Source: Puccinia triticina | Lineage: Eukaryota | Length of the DNA: 64,000 nt | Assembly: GCA_026914245.1 (NCBI GenBank) | Contig: CP110439.1 | Coordinates: 558,001-622,000 of the forward strand | Direction of reading: 5' to 3' | Part shown: positions 24,021 through 35,932 of the stretch, piece after piece | Layout: every line of letters begins with the position of its first letter | Numbering within the stretch: position 1 is the first letter of the stretch | Translations under genes and position numbers: made by a program | The notes under the pieces: generated by a model | Told to the model about the DNA's origin: nothing | Database searches by the model: none | The model's input: the letters and a program-made list of their open reading frames with translations, nothing else

Positions 24021-26587
24021 AAGGCCGTTGGTGGTCATGCCGTTGGATACAAGTGGGAGGGAGGCGGAAGAAAATATGGTGATGGCTAAGCTTGCCCGGG
24101 GATGTCTGGCGGTGAACCGGGTGGCACCAGCATGGTTCTTTGCGATCACTCCATGTCAAAACGCTACTCTAATTCGACCTGCCTATGCCCTTGTACGTTC
24201 CATCTATCCTACCTTACAATCAACATTGAATCCAATATTTATTTACTGACTCGTGAGCGCGGCATACTTCTTCTCCTCTCCAATCCCAGGACCACATCAG
24301 CCCACCGTCACCACCGCGACCGTGACTGAATATTGCATAAACCCCCTATAAACCCCTGATTTGCTTTGCTAACCACTTCTGGCAAGACACAATCCTTGGC
24401 ATTCTTCCTGTTCCCCTCATTTCCGCCGCCACATTCTCCTTGCAAATCAGAATTTCAGCAAACAGATAGGTTGGGTTTTATTACCACGCAGTCAGTCAAT
24501 CTCCTGATTCACAGCCATCTCCACCCGTCTCCGAACTGGTCTGACCCCTTTTTTGACTTTTATGTTGGGTGGCTGCTGTGTATTTTCTTCATTAGGCCCA
24601 ATCCAGAGAAATCTTTGTTGAAAAACGGGTGGGAATATGAGGGAAGGGGTACCTGGCAAGGCCGGGAAAGAGGGGTACTTTTTGTGTCGGGCAAACTTGG
24701 TATTTTCTACGCCTACAAATTATGACCTGAGCATTTCAGATTCTTAACTCTCAAGCTTGGTGGAGTATTAATATTCAAGGTTCTGTTTGCTCCGCTCTCC
24801 CGGGTTTTTTCTCCGTCTCATTGGTTTTTTTCAGTTTTTTTCCATGTTTGGTTGTTATCTTATTCTCTGCTGTTTATGTGGGTCATGACTCACAAGACGA
24901 CCGGAGCAAGCCACTCCAATAGAGGTCCAGAGGACTTTGTTAAGCTAGAGCTGGGAGGCAGGAGTAGGAAGTAGCCCCTGGTATACTCCCCAACTATTAG
25001 CAGATGGTGCACCATCCGGCCTATACACACATCTTCCAGCTGTCTGTCCAACTAGACAAACCAATCTCCATCCCGCCATCAAAGACTGTTGCTATAGAAG
25101 TCACCATTGGGTTTCCTTTTTTCAGATTGTTCTGTATGTTGAATCATGAATCCCCATAATAACAATTGGTAGTGCTGATGCCATGGGAAACCTTCATACC
25201 TCTTGGTAAATACTTATTAATTTATTTCAATACAGAATGCCTTTGTGGAATCACCACAAGTCTTTTCTTACACCCATCCAGGTCTCTTGACTATGACCTT
25301 TGGAGGATCCAGACCCCTTCTGAATGCCGCTTGCAGATTCCAAAATGAGGGAAAGGTGAATTGATTATCCACAGCACAGCCCTATCCATAAAATCAATCT
25401 AATTGGACCAACAAGTACCTTAATCAACTCCCTTTTTGTAGCCTCCGCATTATTGTCTCAAGAAGTGGGATGAGATGATGCAGGAGAGAAAGCAGCAATT
25501 GAGGAGAGAATCAGCAATTTAAAGGCAGTCTTTATGGGCAATGTGTGAGCGCTACAGCTTAATCCAGCTCTCCTTGGTCTTGAAGCAAGCTCTTAATAAT
25601 AAAATCCCCTTGGGATGCTCACCACCCTTTCCATTCCCTGTGCTTCAGTTCAAGGAAAGATCACCACTCACATTTCAAACAAGTTCTGCCTGGCCAGTAA
25701 AAAAGGTCACATAATCAATCAGAAGATAATGCTGCTTAGGGCCAGCATTGCCATGGTGAGGTCATGGCAACTGCCAAACTGGAAATTTTTCTTATAGAAT
25801 TCCAAATCAAATCTGCTCCAAAAGTGAAACTTCAGTACCCAAAACTGCAACACCAATAATTTGAGACAGACAGAAATAAGCAGAGAAACAACCAACTTAT
25901 TGTCAGTGGAAAACATGTAAAAAATAGGAGTGATAAATCAAAGTAATGTACTGCTTCTGGGATGTGCCTTCTTTCTCCCCATCCTGTGCCGCAGAAAAAA
26001 AACTGATTGTTTTCTTTATGTTGGTTGGCAAACCCTGTTTGAAGGGCAAGAGCAAGGCTTCAAGTCCCAATTCCTGCACTCAATCCCCCACATGTTAACA
26101 GCAACCTGGGAGAAGCAGAAGTTGCTCAAGGTGCACTTGCTTGTGGAAAGGTTACCATCTCAAGCCAAGAAATTCTACCAACAGAAGGAGATGAAGAATA
26201 GAGCTGGGCTATCTGGCTGCATAATTTTCTCCTTGGCCCATTTTTCCTACCTCCCTCTGGAGATATCAGTGATGGTGTGACATATTCACAATGTGCTACC
26301 ATTTATCTATTCAAATTGAAAATTTACTGTGAAATACTGCTCCCCAATTATGTAAATGTTGGAGAGGAATAACTTTTCATATCATATCACAACCACACAG
26401 AAAATTAGAATGCAGGGGAGGATTGCAAGTCTGAATTGGTGGTTGGAACACCTGATATATTGGGGATATCTTAATGTTTTTTGAGGTGGGGTTTGTGGGG
26501 TTGGCGGAGAAGGTCTCCCTATTGTGAGCTATCAGAGGTTGAGTGGCCTTGGGCCCTTGCAGCGGCAAAGCCGCCTTGGCCTCTAGT

Positions 26588-26875
26588 TATTTCTCAACCC
26601 AAGGAGAGAAAATCACAGAGCACAGTATGGCATGTGACAGGAATGATAAAAAATGAAAAAACTAAGACCATTTTCAATGATTTTTTGGGTGAATGAGGCA
26701 TCCACCCATTTGAAATAGAAGTTGGCACCTGCAGGCCAAATCAACACCAATTTGACCAGATTTATTTGATCCAACAAAAATCATTGCAAGTGGTCTCAGT
26801 TTTTCATTTTTTATCATTCCTGTCACATGGAATACTGTTCTCCGTAATTTTCTTTCCTTGGTTTGGGAAATAATA
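26588..26875. mobile_element. MITE with ~100-bp imperfect IR
   Basis: TATTTCTCAACCCAAGG...CCTTGGTTTGGGAAATA, with CATGTGACAGGAATGATAAAAAATGAAAAA present in both orientations. Confidence 0.75.
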
Positions 26876-27050
26876 AAGATTCTGAGAAATTTGGACAAAA
26901 TTGGAAAATTTCCACACTTTTCATATTTTTCATTTTCATTTTTTTTCTGTCATAATCATTCTTGGGAACTTATTTTACACCCCTGCAGCCAATCCTATGA
27001 CTTCGGGTCTGTTGCCTGAGCTTCTGCAATGAAAAATGCAGTGCCAAAAA

Positions 27051-27381
27051 CAACGGTGGGCTGCTACGCTACATTAAGTCAGCAGTTCAGTGCAGCATAG
27101 CGGATCTAAACTACGAATGACAGGGTTTTCTGTTAGCAGGCAGTGATTGCCCGCTACCGCTAACAGGCCCCCCTTGAAACTACAGGGCCTCTATTGCCGC
27201 TATCAGCGCTAGCAGTGCTATTCAACCGCTAAAAAAGCTGATAGCACTGTTAGCGCCTGTTAGTGTAGTGTAGCGGCCCGCAGCGGGTGCTGCAGCTAAC
27301 GGCACTGTGTCAGGAACTACACCACGCTAAACTAGCGGATAGCGCTTGCTACGGATAGTTTAGCTTAGCGGCTCACCGTTG
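27051..27381. mobile_element. MITE (331 bp), 7-bp TSD
   Basis: TIR CAACGGTGRGC, TSD CCAAAAA. The empty site is visible in the opposite host TIR (~22655-22675). Confidence 0.92.
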
Positions 27382-27998
27382 CCAAAAACATTAGATGACC
27401 CACTGTACAGTCATTTAATTTTGGGGACCTGGAATTAAGGTTCCTGCATGCCAGAAATTCCAAATAATTTATTGAATCATGATATGTTTTGTTTCTTAAT
27501 AGGTATTTTCAGCATACAAGGAAGCTTCAAAAAACTCCTAAAAAATGCGCAGATGGTAATCAAAGGCCTTTTTATTGATTTGTCAAAAAAAAGCTCAAAA
27601 TATTTGATTCCTTTACCCGCAGTGCCCAAAGTGTTTGGAAATTTGCTCATTTTCTTAAAAAAAAAGGCCTTAAAATTGGCTCTAAAGATTTATTTTTATC
27701 CAATTTTGAGCTCCCCTATTGAGCTAGAAGAAACAGAAACAGAAAAACACAACAGAACCTCAGACGTCACCTAAGCTTCAGCCCGCGTTTTTCATTGCAT
27801 CATCCTGTCAAAAATTCTAATCAACTGTCAAGTGCAACCCTAGATACTGGCTCTTCTCGGACTGAACAATCAAGTCAACTCAGGACAAAGGAGGAGCGGG
27901 GATGTATACAGCTCAAGTGGAGGTACTTGATTTGATTTTTCTCCTCAGGAAACTCATTTTACTTTCTTCTTCTTCTCACTCTCTATATCGTTGCTGAC

Positions 27999-28118
27999 TA
28001 CCATCTTTTACTCAGGCAGGCTTACCATCTTTTACTCAGGCAGGCTTACCATCTTTTACTCAGACAGGCTTACCATCTTTTACTCAGGCAGGCTTACCAT
28101 ATTTTAGTCAGGCAGGCT
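27999..28118. repeat. Minisatellite, 5 x 24 bp (TACCATCTTTTACTCAGGCAGGCT)
   Basis: Head-to-tail copies without spacers, possibly within an LTR relic (~27826-28175). Confidence 0.92.
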
Positions 28119-28339
28119 TGATGTTAGTTTACTCTTCCAGCTTCTCCATATAAACTGATTATTGATCATCCACAAGGTTAAGAGCATAAGCAGGTTTTCA
28201 CTCTTTTCTCCTCATTATAAAACTGTTTCTCACTCTTTCTGTTTTGTTAATTTATTGTTAGGGTTATTTACTACTATTAGCTCTTAAATGTCTACTGTAA
28301 TTATTTAGTGTCTTGATCTCGTAGAAAGTAAAAAAGTGT

Positions 28340-29989
28340 TTAAAAGAAGCGCACACGTCCAACTGATTTGGTCAATTTGTGAAGAAAGGCTTTGAAAATT
28401 CGTGGAATCCGGCGAAACAAGGCTGCGTAAAACTTGGATCTCACACGTGGCGAACGTGCTCGCGGTGTTTGGCCGGGAATTGTAATTTCTGGAATTTTCG
28501 GCGGAGTTGGCTGGGTGTGGGAAGGCGGAGTGGTTCGGAATTCTTGGCATAGGTCGAGGTACTTGAGTTTCAGGTCTTCAGACGTCGGCAATAGTTGATC
28601 GTGCTCAAGACTTTCGAGCCAGTTTGTACCGTGCGCGTTTTTGGCAAGAAACCGCCTCCTGGCGGATTGATAATTATCGAGGGTGTCGAGTTGTGGATCC
28701 GCATGTTGTCCTTCACCGACCATTTTGTTCCTTTCTAGGCTGTAGTCGACAATCTTCAGCATTCTATTTACGTCCAGTCCTTGAGCTCTCCATGCAGAAA
28801 TGGTTTCGGGAGGGATCTTGCCAGGATTCTTCATCTTTGACAAAGTTCTCAGTAACTTGAGTCGCTCTTTGTACTCCTCCGGAAGTTGTGCGTCGTCCTC
28901 ATCCGCAAGTTGTGCGCTCTTCTCCTCCGGATTTAAATATGCTTTCCAAGCTGCCGGTAGGGCGGGATATTTGGCCTGCAGAATTTTGATTCGATCCAAA
29001 GCCTCCTTGAAGTTCAAATCACCGAAAGCAGGGAAAATTTTGTTTCCTCCGAGCATCTTTCCGAATTCTTGAACAGCATCCAGGGGAATACGATAAGATT
29101 GGTGGATATGCACCTCCGCTTCTTTCCATCCCGTAACAATCCGAAAGTGCTCCTGTTGTAACTGGAGCACACCCTTCCTCCTCAAGAGCTCACCCTTAGA
29201 CAATCTTTGTTCGAAAAAATCAAGGAAGATTGAACGAGTGAAGAAGTTGGAATTCTTTTCCTCCCACTGCGCAAGAAAATTGAACGTGTCCGGATCGAAT
29301 TTAACCATCGCGGTGGGTTTCTTGCTGGATGCTGAGAAGGCTTGGTAATATCCGTCCAGAACTCTAGCTTCTTCACGGGTTAGTCGGGGTTTGACACGCA
29401 GGAGCCATTTGTTGAGCTGTATTTCATCATCTGCATCAAACTGCGTTACAGTGCCCCGGGGGCCAAATGGGAAGTACTCCTTGGCTTGATCCAGCAAGGT
29501 CGTCAGTCGCTCCCAATAACTTTTTTCTGGCAGTTGAGCCTGCGGTCTCTCGACGCTGCTCGAAAGCTCGCGGTATATAGAATTGATCTTCCTGACGATT
29601 TGAGAAGTTTTCTCCGGAGACCTTTGGGCTGATTTCGCGTCGATTGAAAGCTCATGACTTCTACCATATGCCTCGGTTGAGGAAACCGAGACTGTCCCTG
29701 GACTACTTGGACAGTCCTCGGGAGACGAAGTTGGAGAAGAAAAAGTCCCCTTCGAGTCAAGATTGTGCTGGTTCACAGTCGTCGGTTTCAGTTTTTCTCC
29801 GGGTCGAGGAATCTCCAAGTCGCCTGCCGTTTGTTTCATATTGTCAAGGCGAGCCGAAGCAAGGTCAGCGGGGATTTGCAAGTCGTGAGATTGACTGGTC
29901 AAGTGTGCGGCTCCCGTTGTCGCTTCCATTGGGAGAGAGTTATAAAGTGGAAAATGGGCCAAGAAAGTCAACAGCGCGACAGGCCTCAT
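28340..29989 (-). CDS. Secreted protein, candidate effector, paralogue 1 (~549 aa, single exon)
   Basis: Long ORF, signal-peptide-like MRPVALLTFLAHFPLYNSLP, Ser-rich N-terminus, clear homology to 38256-39929. Confidence 0.85.
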   Translation of the reverse strand: MRPVALLTFLAHFPLYNSLPMEATTGAAHLTSQSHDLQIPADLASARLDNMKQTAGDLEIPRPGEKLKPTTVNQHNLDSKGTFSSPTSSPEDCPSSPGTVSVSSTEAYGRSHELSIDAKSAQRSPEKTSQIVRKINSIYRELSSSVERPQAQLPEKSYWERLTTLLDQAKEYFPFGPRGTVTQFDADDEIQLNKWLLRVKPRLTREEARVLDGYYQAFSASSKKPTAMVKFDPDTFNFLAQWEEKNSNFFTRSIFLDFFEQRLSKGELLRRKGVLQLQQEHFRIVTGWKEAEVHIHQSYRIPLDAVQEFGKMLGGNKIFPAFGDLNFKEALDRIKILQAKYPALPAAWKAYLNPEEKSAQLADEDDAQLPEEYKERLKLLRTLSKMKNPGKIPPETISAWRAQGLDVNRMLKIVDYSLERNKMVGEGQHADPQLDTLDNYQSARRRFLAKNAHGTNWLESLEHDQLLPTSEDLKLKYLDLCQEFRTTPPSHTQPTPPKIPEITIPGQTPRARSPRVRSKFYAALFRRIPRIFKAFLHKLTKSVGRVRFF

Positions 29990-31854
29990 GATGTTTAGGT
30001 TGTGTGTTAACGGTGAAAAGACTGGATGCAATTGAATGAGTGTAGGGCGTTAAAAATTAAAACGAAGTTAAGCGTGCTATTTTCTGTGGATGTTTACATG
30101 CGGGAAAAGCTTGCAGGTACTACGGAAGTAATAAAGACTTGGACGGTTCTGCGAAGGAGTCAACTTGTGGACAAAAATGCTAAGGAGTGATGGACGCGCT
30201 GTGGGGGGTGGAAGGGAAAAGCTGACACATATCTCCGCATGCCGACACCTGAATTAGGTCATCCGTACTCTTCCATTTGTCACAGATTTTGCTATCTTCT
30301 TGACTTTCTGAAGAGGTAGTGCGCATACAGTCTCTCCCGAAACGTATCCCCAAAATCCCAGACATGATTCAAACATAAATCCACTGCCAAGTCAAACTCG
30401 AGAATGCATGTATCAGCATGTATCTGCCTTCTACGGTCAGCGGCGGACGATGTGCTCTTGACACATGGGATCTAAAACAAGGGAAATATGAATCGGGACG
30501 CGGGCGGAATAGACGCGTAGCCTATGTCGTACATAGCCATCGCGGATCCGACCCCCCGAAAATGATAGGACGGTCGTTTGTAGGTCTGTACCCACTCGCC
30601 AAGCGATGATTATCCTTGCTGAGTGGGTACCTTGCCAAGGAAAAATCATCGTTCCACTTGCCCAGCACGAATCCTCCTCGGCCGGTTGGTACTGGCTGTA
30701 TTTGCTTGCTGAGGAAGGGTCCTCTGTGTCCGGCTAGTACACACAATAGGGGGTTTCACAATAAGGATACCCAGGAAGGAGTTTGGGCGCTCGCGAGTAT
30801 CGCTATGAGGTTTATTCTTGAGCCGGGTTTTCCACAGATTTGTGATCAGTGTGTAAGGCAGATAACATCTGCTGAAATCGTTCTCCGGGTTTGGTGCCCT
30901 CTGCATTAGTATAACTGGGGCCTGTTGAGCAGAGGTTGTTTGCTAGGTCCCAAAGGAGTATAAAGAATCTAGATCCTTGGCAATAGGAAACATGTCTTCT
31001 CACTTTCTAGCCAAATTTGGTTGGGAGAAGTTTATTATGACGAAAAGCTGACATACTTGGTGTGGTTCCTGGGTAACTGGAGGTTTATTCGAATGGCCGA
31101 GGGAAGAACCACGACAGAAGTTTACAGGTGGAATTTAAAACCTGTAATGCTCAGTTCATCATGTTTCCTCGGGCTGCAAGGTTCCCTGAGAAGCATGGCT
31201 GGTTGGCCAAAGGCCCCCATTTGATGAGAAAGTAATGTTAGAAGGCCGCAGGCAACTTGGCTGCCAGGTTCAAGGCGGTGTATATTTCAATGTTTGAGTG
31301 TTTGACGCGGTTTTATAAGAAGCCATCTCAGATGATTCAGGTGTTTTTATGTTGTTTTGTATGTTCAGGCCACTTAGCAATATTTGATTTTGTCTTGGGC
31401 CCATTGATCAGACCTGAAGAAATTTAGGAAACTTGAATTATATGCTACACATGGAAACCATGACAATAATAAATGCTTGCTGAGCAGCGTTTGATTTATC
31501 AGCCAGGGTTAGGCTTTTAAATGAAATCGCATGGATTATGACTGTTGAAGCACATTTTCTTCCTGTCGCCGCTCGTCCCTTCATCCCGTAAATTACTACA
31601 GATGAGTCCTACAGCCATTAGATGATTGACAACAAAGAGCTTAAAAAGCTTTTTCATGCGGGCTTGATGACGATGCCGGACAACATGAAAGGTAAAGTGA
31701 AGGCTGTGCGATCCGAGGGATACTCCACGAAACCGATGAGTAGGAAAGCGGGGTTTGAATACCCAGGCAGAGTGATGTGGAACATCCGGGCCATACGAGT
31801 GCGGCGGCGTGGCCGTGTTAGCCTCAAGGGCTTATAGAACCGACGCGGATTTCG

Positions 31855-32167
31855 TTAGACTTGATTTGCCATTTTCGATTGGATTTCTTTGGCAGTCTAG
31901 GCAAACGAGAAAGGGTTTGCAAAATGATAGATTTAGTGGTATTTTTAGTTTGAGATGGAGTTACAGAAAAAATAAAAGAGATCAGGGGAGAAGCTTACAA
32001 CAACAAATCTGTCCAATTGTTTTTCTAATTCATCTAATTTGGATTTTTTCTCATCGTTCTCTTTGGATAGTTTCAATTTCTTCTGTAGCAGCTCTTTCTT
32101 TTCCGCTTCAAACCTGAGAGATTCAATCATCAGAGAGATCATGAGCGTGAATGCTGCAGCGAGTGAC

Positions 32168-32201
<34 letters not shown>

Positions 32202-32885
32202 GAGGAAACATGGAGGGTGAGGTGATGTAAGTTGTTGAACAAATCTTTACCTTTTGCGTTCTGCTAGTTCGAATTTCAATCTTTTGATCATGAGTTCGTG
32301 GGGATCAATTTCGTCCGATCCGTCTCGTTTATCTTCTGGATTCCTCTCGAGATATTCTTCCAGTGAATGGATTGAGATATTTTGATACTCAGATCTGTTA
32401 GATCATCATTTAAGCAAACCAGACAAAGAGAACAAGAGAAATAAACACGTGATGGGGTAATAGAAACGCGAGATGAATGAACTCAACTCAAATTCCTGGC
32501 ATTTCTTAATTTCTTTTTCCAGATGTCTCCTCTCGTAAATTAGATTCTGTAAGTCCAAATGGATTTGATCGACTTGATTCCTGACTACTTGCGTTTGAGA
32601 TTTAAAAGTTGAGACCATGGATGAGCTAGTTCGGTTGATCGATTTGAGTCTTGCAAAGAGTGGAGTGGCAAGTAACATCAAGCTCTGGTCGGATTCGAGG
32701 TCGTTTAGAAGGCTCTCCTCTGTTGGTCCCTCTGCCCCCGTTATGTTCGTTGTTGATGAGCTGGATGCTCTCGAAAGCTTGGATTCAAGTAACCGGTTCG
32801 CGAGGATCATAAGTCGATCGGCAATCGCATCGATTTTCTCTGAATTCATTGCTTGTTGCTCGATGGGCTGGATGTCCTCGTCCAT
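31855..32885 (-). CDS. THOC5: THO complex subunit 5 / Fms-interacting-protein-like (4 exons)
   Basis: VDQIHLDLQNLIYERRHLEKEIKKCQEFES and HELMIKRLKFELAERKR motifs, GT-AG introns. Confidence 0.78.
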
Positions 32886-33089
32886 GCTTGTAGGTTTCGA
32901 TCTGCGTTTGAGTATGTGTGGCCGGGCTTCCCCTTACCGGTCGATTGCTTGTCTGCTAGGCTGGAGTTTGTAGAGCTGTCGGCACTCAATAAGAGCTGCG
33001 CTGCCCAATTGCCCGAACTAGTCTCTTTAGGGTATACCTCGGGCTCCCCTGCCCCCGAAATTCCCGCACAACATTGAAGCTACACCTGT

Positions 33090-33440
33090 TTTGGAATTTA
33101 ATGGAGGACTTCCCGTCGCAATCTGGGAGCAATCTGAGAGCCTCCCAGAGTCTCAAAGCCTAAATTTCCCTGCGAAATTTGGCTCAGATCTGGGTCTGGA
33201 AGGGGTTCCCAGATTGACGGGAAGTCCTCCAATGGAGGACTTCCCGCCGATCTGGAAACCCAGATTTTCCCAGATTTCGCAGGGAAATCTAGGCAGATCT
33301 AGGATTTGGGACGATCGAGCCCAGATTTCCCCGCAAAATCTGGAAAAACCTGAGTTCCCAGATTGACGGGAAGTCCGCCAATCTCAGGAGCACTCCAGTG
33401 GAGGACTTCCCGTTGAATCTGGGAGCCTCCCAGATCTCAA
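33090..33440. repeat. MITE-like array of GGAGGACTTCCCG/AATCTGGG motifs
   Basis: Same motifs as the arms of 33571-35448, partly inverted relative to them. Confidence 0.7.
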
Positions 33441-33570
33441 TTTACACGACCAAACTCTTAATTTTCAGGCAAAAGAAAAAAAAAATCCTAAGCCTGTAGT
33501 TTATTGCTTTCATGTGTGCTGTTCGTTGTTTTGGTAGGTCTCTTAATTTAGGATTTAGAGGGACATCTAG

Positions 33571-35448
33571 AGCTCTCTAAATTTGAGGACTTCCCGTCAA
33601 TCTGGGAACTCAGATTTTTCCAGATTTTGCGGGGAAATCTGGGCTCAATTGTCCCAAATCCTAGATCTGCCTAGATTTCCCTGCAAAATCTGGGAAAATC
33701 TGGGTTTCCAGATCAGCGGGAAGTCCTCCAATGCCAGTACTGGGTGACCGGATGACTTCTCGTCAAGATCTGGGAGTCTCCCAGAAACAATCTAGAGCCC
33801 AAAAAGCTAGATTTCCCTGCAAAAATCTAGACTTTTCGGGTCTAAAGCGGCATCTGGGAGGGTGCCAGATCCCACGGGAAGTCACCCACTTCCTGTCAAG
33901 ATCTGGGAGCCGCTCAGATTTCTTTTGAAGCCTCAAGACTTGAAATCAAGATTTCCCTGAAAAAAAAAAAAAAAAAAAAAAAACGGACTTACTTTGCGCA
34001 CTGCGAAAAACACTTTGCGCACTGCACAGTGCGCGGATTCCCAAACACTTTGCGCACTGCGGGTAAAACACACAAATTTTTGAAGATTTTTCTTGACCAA
34101 TCAATAGAAAGGCTTCCCATTGGCCTCTCTGAATTTTTTGGGAGTTTTTTGAAGCATTCTTCTATGATTAAAAAAATCATTAAAAACCAGAAGAAATGTA
34201 GGATTTGGGCGCCTAAAAAACAAGGTTCCCATAGTCCTAAAGTTTCAAATAATTTATTGAGTAATGAAACATGTAAGAACAGCTACTTCAAAAATTTTAG
34301 CCACTTTGTGCAAGCATATGAGTCTGAAAAATAAGAAACTTCACCACATATTAGCACATTGCATCTAAATTATCCTCATTTTTCAGACCTGTATCCTTGC
34401 AAAAAGTGGCTGAAAGCTTCTGAAGTAGGTGTTCTTACATTTTCCATTACTCAATAAATGATTTGGAATTGTGGGGCTATTGAGAAACCAGAACAGCTGT
34501 CTGTGAGCTAGGGAGGCCGTGATGGGAGGCTGACAACAAAGGAAGCAGAGGAGAGGAATGTTGCACCTATTGAGGTGCGTGGGAATGACTTGGAACAAAG
34601 ATGAGTGACATTGCATAGGGAGCAAAAAGAGAGAGAAAGGAAAGAGAGAAAGCAAACCTGAGAAACCAGAACAGCTGTCTGTGAGCTTGGGAGGCCAACA
34701 ACAAAGGAAGCAGAGGAGAGGAATGACTTATGCACCTATTGAGGTGCGCAGGAATGACTCGGAACAAAGATGAGTGAAGAAAAGAGAAAAAGGAGATTGG
34801 TACAACCAAATACTACAAACTAGCTACAAGAACCTAAACCTAATGTAGTGATGAACAGGGTTGTGCCGGTCCCGCTCCATGTGACTGACTTGCCGCAGTC
34901 ATCCACCTCGCCTCTTCTCTGGACTGTATCGTCACAGCTATGAGAATCTTGTCTTTTAGGCGCCCAAATCCCACATTTCTTCTGGTTTTTAATGATTTTT
35001 TTAATCATAGAAGAATGCTTCAAAAAACTCCCAAAAAAAATACAGAGAGGCCAATGGGAAGCCTTTCTATTGATTGGTCAATAAAAATCTTCAAAAATTT
35101 GCATGTTTTACCCGCAGTGCGCAAAGTGTTTGGGAATCCGTGCACTGTGCAGTGGTGCAGTGCGCGAAGTAAGTCCGTTTTTTTTTTTTTTTTTTTTTTT
35201 CAGGGAAATCTTGATTTCAAGTCTTGAGGCTTCAAAAGAAATCTGAGCAGCTCCCAGATCTTGACAGGAAGTCACCCAGTTCTGTCATTGGAGGACTTCC
35301 TGCCAATCTGGAAACCCAGATTTTCCCAGATTTTGCAGGGAAATCTAGGCAGATCTAGGATTTGGGACAATCAAGCCCAGATTTCCCCGCAAAATCTGGA
35401 AAAATCTGAGTTCCCAGATTGATGGGAAGTCCTCAATTTTAGAGAGCT
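33571..35448. mobile_element. Foldback / long palindromic element (~1.9 kb)
   Basis: Arms are reverse complements almost to the centre (~34360), including poly-A 33960-33983 against poly-T 35178-35200. Confidence 0.88.
34481..34936 (-). mobile_element. Solo LTR (456 bp)
   Basis: TG...CA ends, TSD GCTAT, ~120-bp internal direct repeat. Confidence 0.9.
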
Positions 35449-35932
35449 TTGGGGCAATTTATACATCTGACTCTGAGGCTCTCAGATCTACAAATATGAA
35501 CAGTCACTGGGAATTGAATCTTGGTTGAGTAAACCCTTTGAGAAAGGTTGGAGTAACACCACAAGCCTCCCTCAAGTTCCTACATGTCAACTGCTTAAGT
35601 TACAGTTGACCCATTTATTTTTGCAGTGTATATCATTCCAACTTCAAGTCATGTATCCCATGCCTTGTTGCCTTGTTGCCTTATTCTTGGTTTTTCCGTA
35701 TATTTCTTTTCATCTTTTGTTTCACCCAAAATTCACCTGTTTTTGCCTCAAGATTCAAGAGTGTAGTGCCCTTTGGTGAAGAATAAAGAAAGTTGGTTCC
35801 ATCCAGAGGGATTCCCAAAGCTGTACACCTAATTCTATGAGACAAGAGACAAAACTCAGGGTGTATGAATAATGAAAAAATAAATAGATCAAATTTATCA
35901 AAATAAAATTTAGATAATTAGCCTACTGGAGC

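Larger units (their letters stand above)
22647..27405. mobile_element. Tc1/mariner-like non-autonomous element with ~190-bp TIRs and internal cargo
   Basis: TA-CAGTGGGTCATCTAATG...CATTAGATGACCCACTG-TA. No transposase motif seen inside. Confidence 0.82.
22375..27716. mobile_element. Outer long-IR MITE, split by nested insertions
   Basis: 22375-22640 is inverted-similar to 27490-27716, with TA on both flanks. The same sequence family occurs at 33985-35180. Confidence 0.75.

Noticed and set aside
24880..26300. Further captured gene fragments inside the TIR element
   Set aside because: Short, CpG-poor ORFs with no motif I can identify.
27999..28118. CRISPR-like array
   Set aside because: The repeats are contiguous with no spacers, and the context is eukaryotic.
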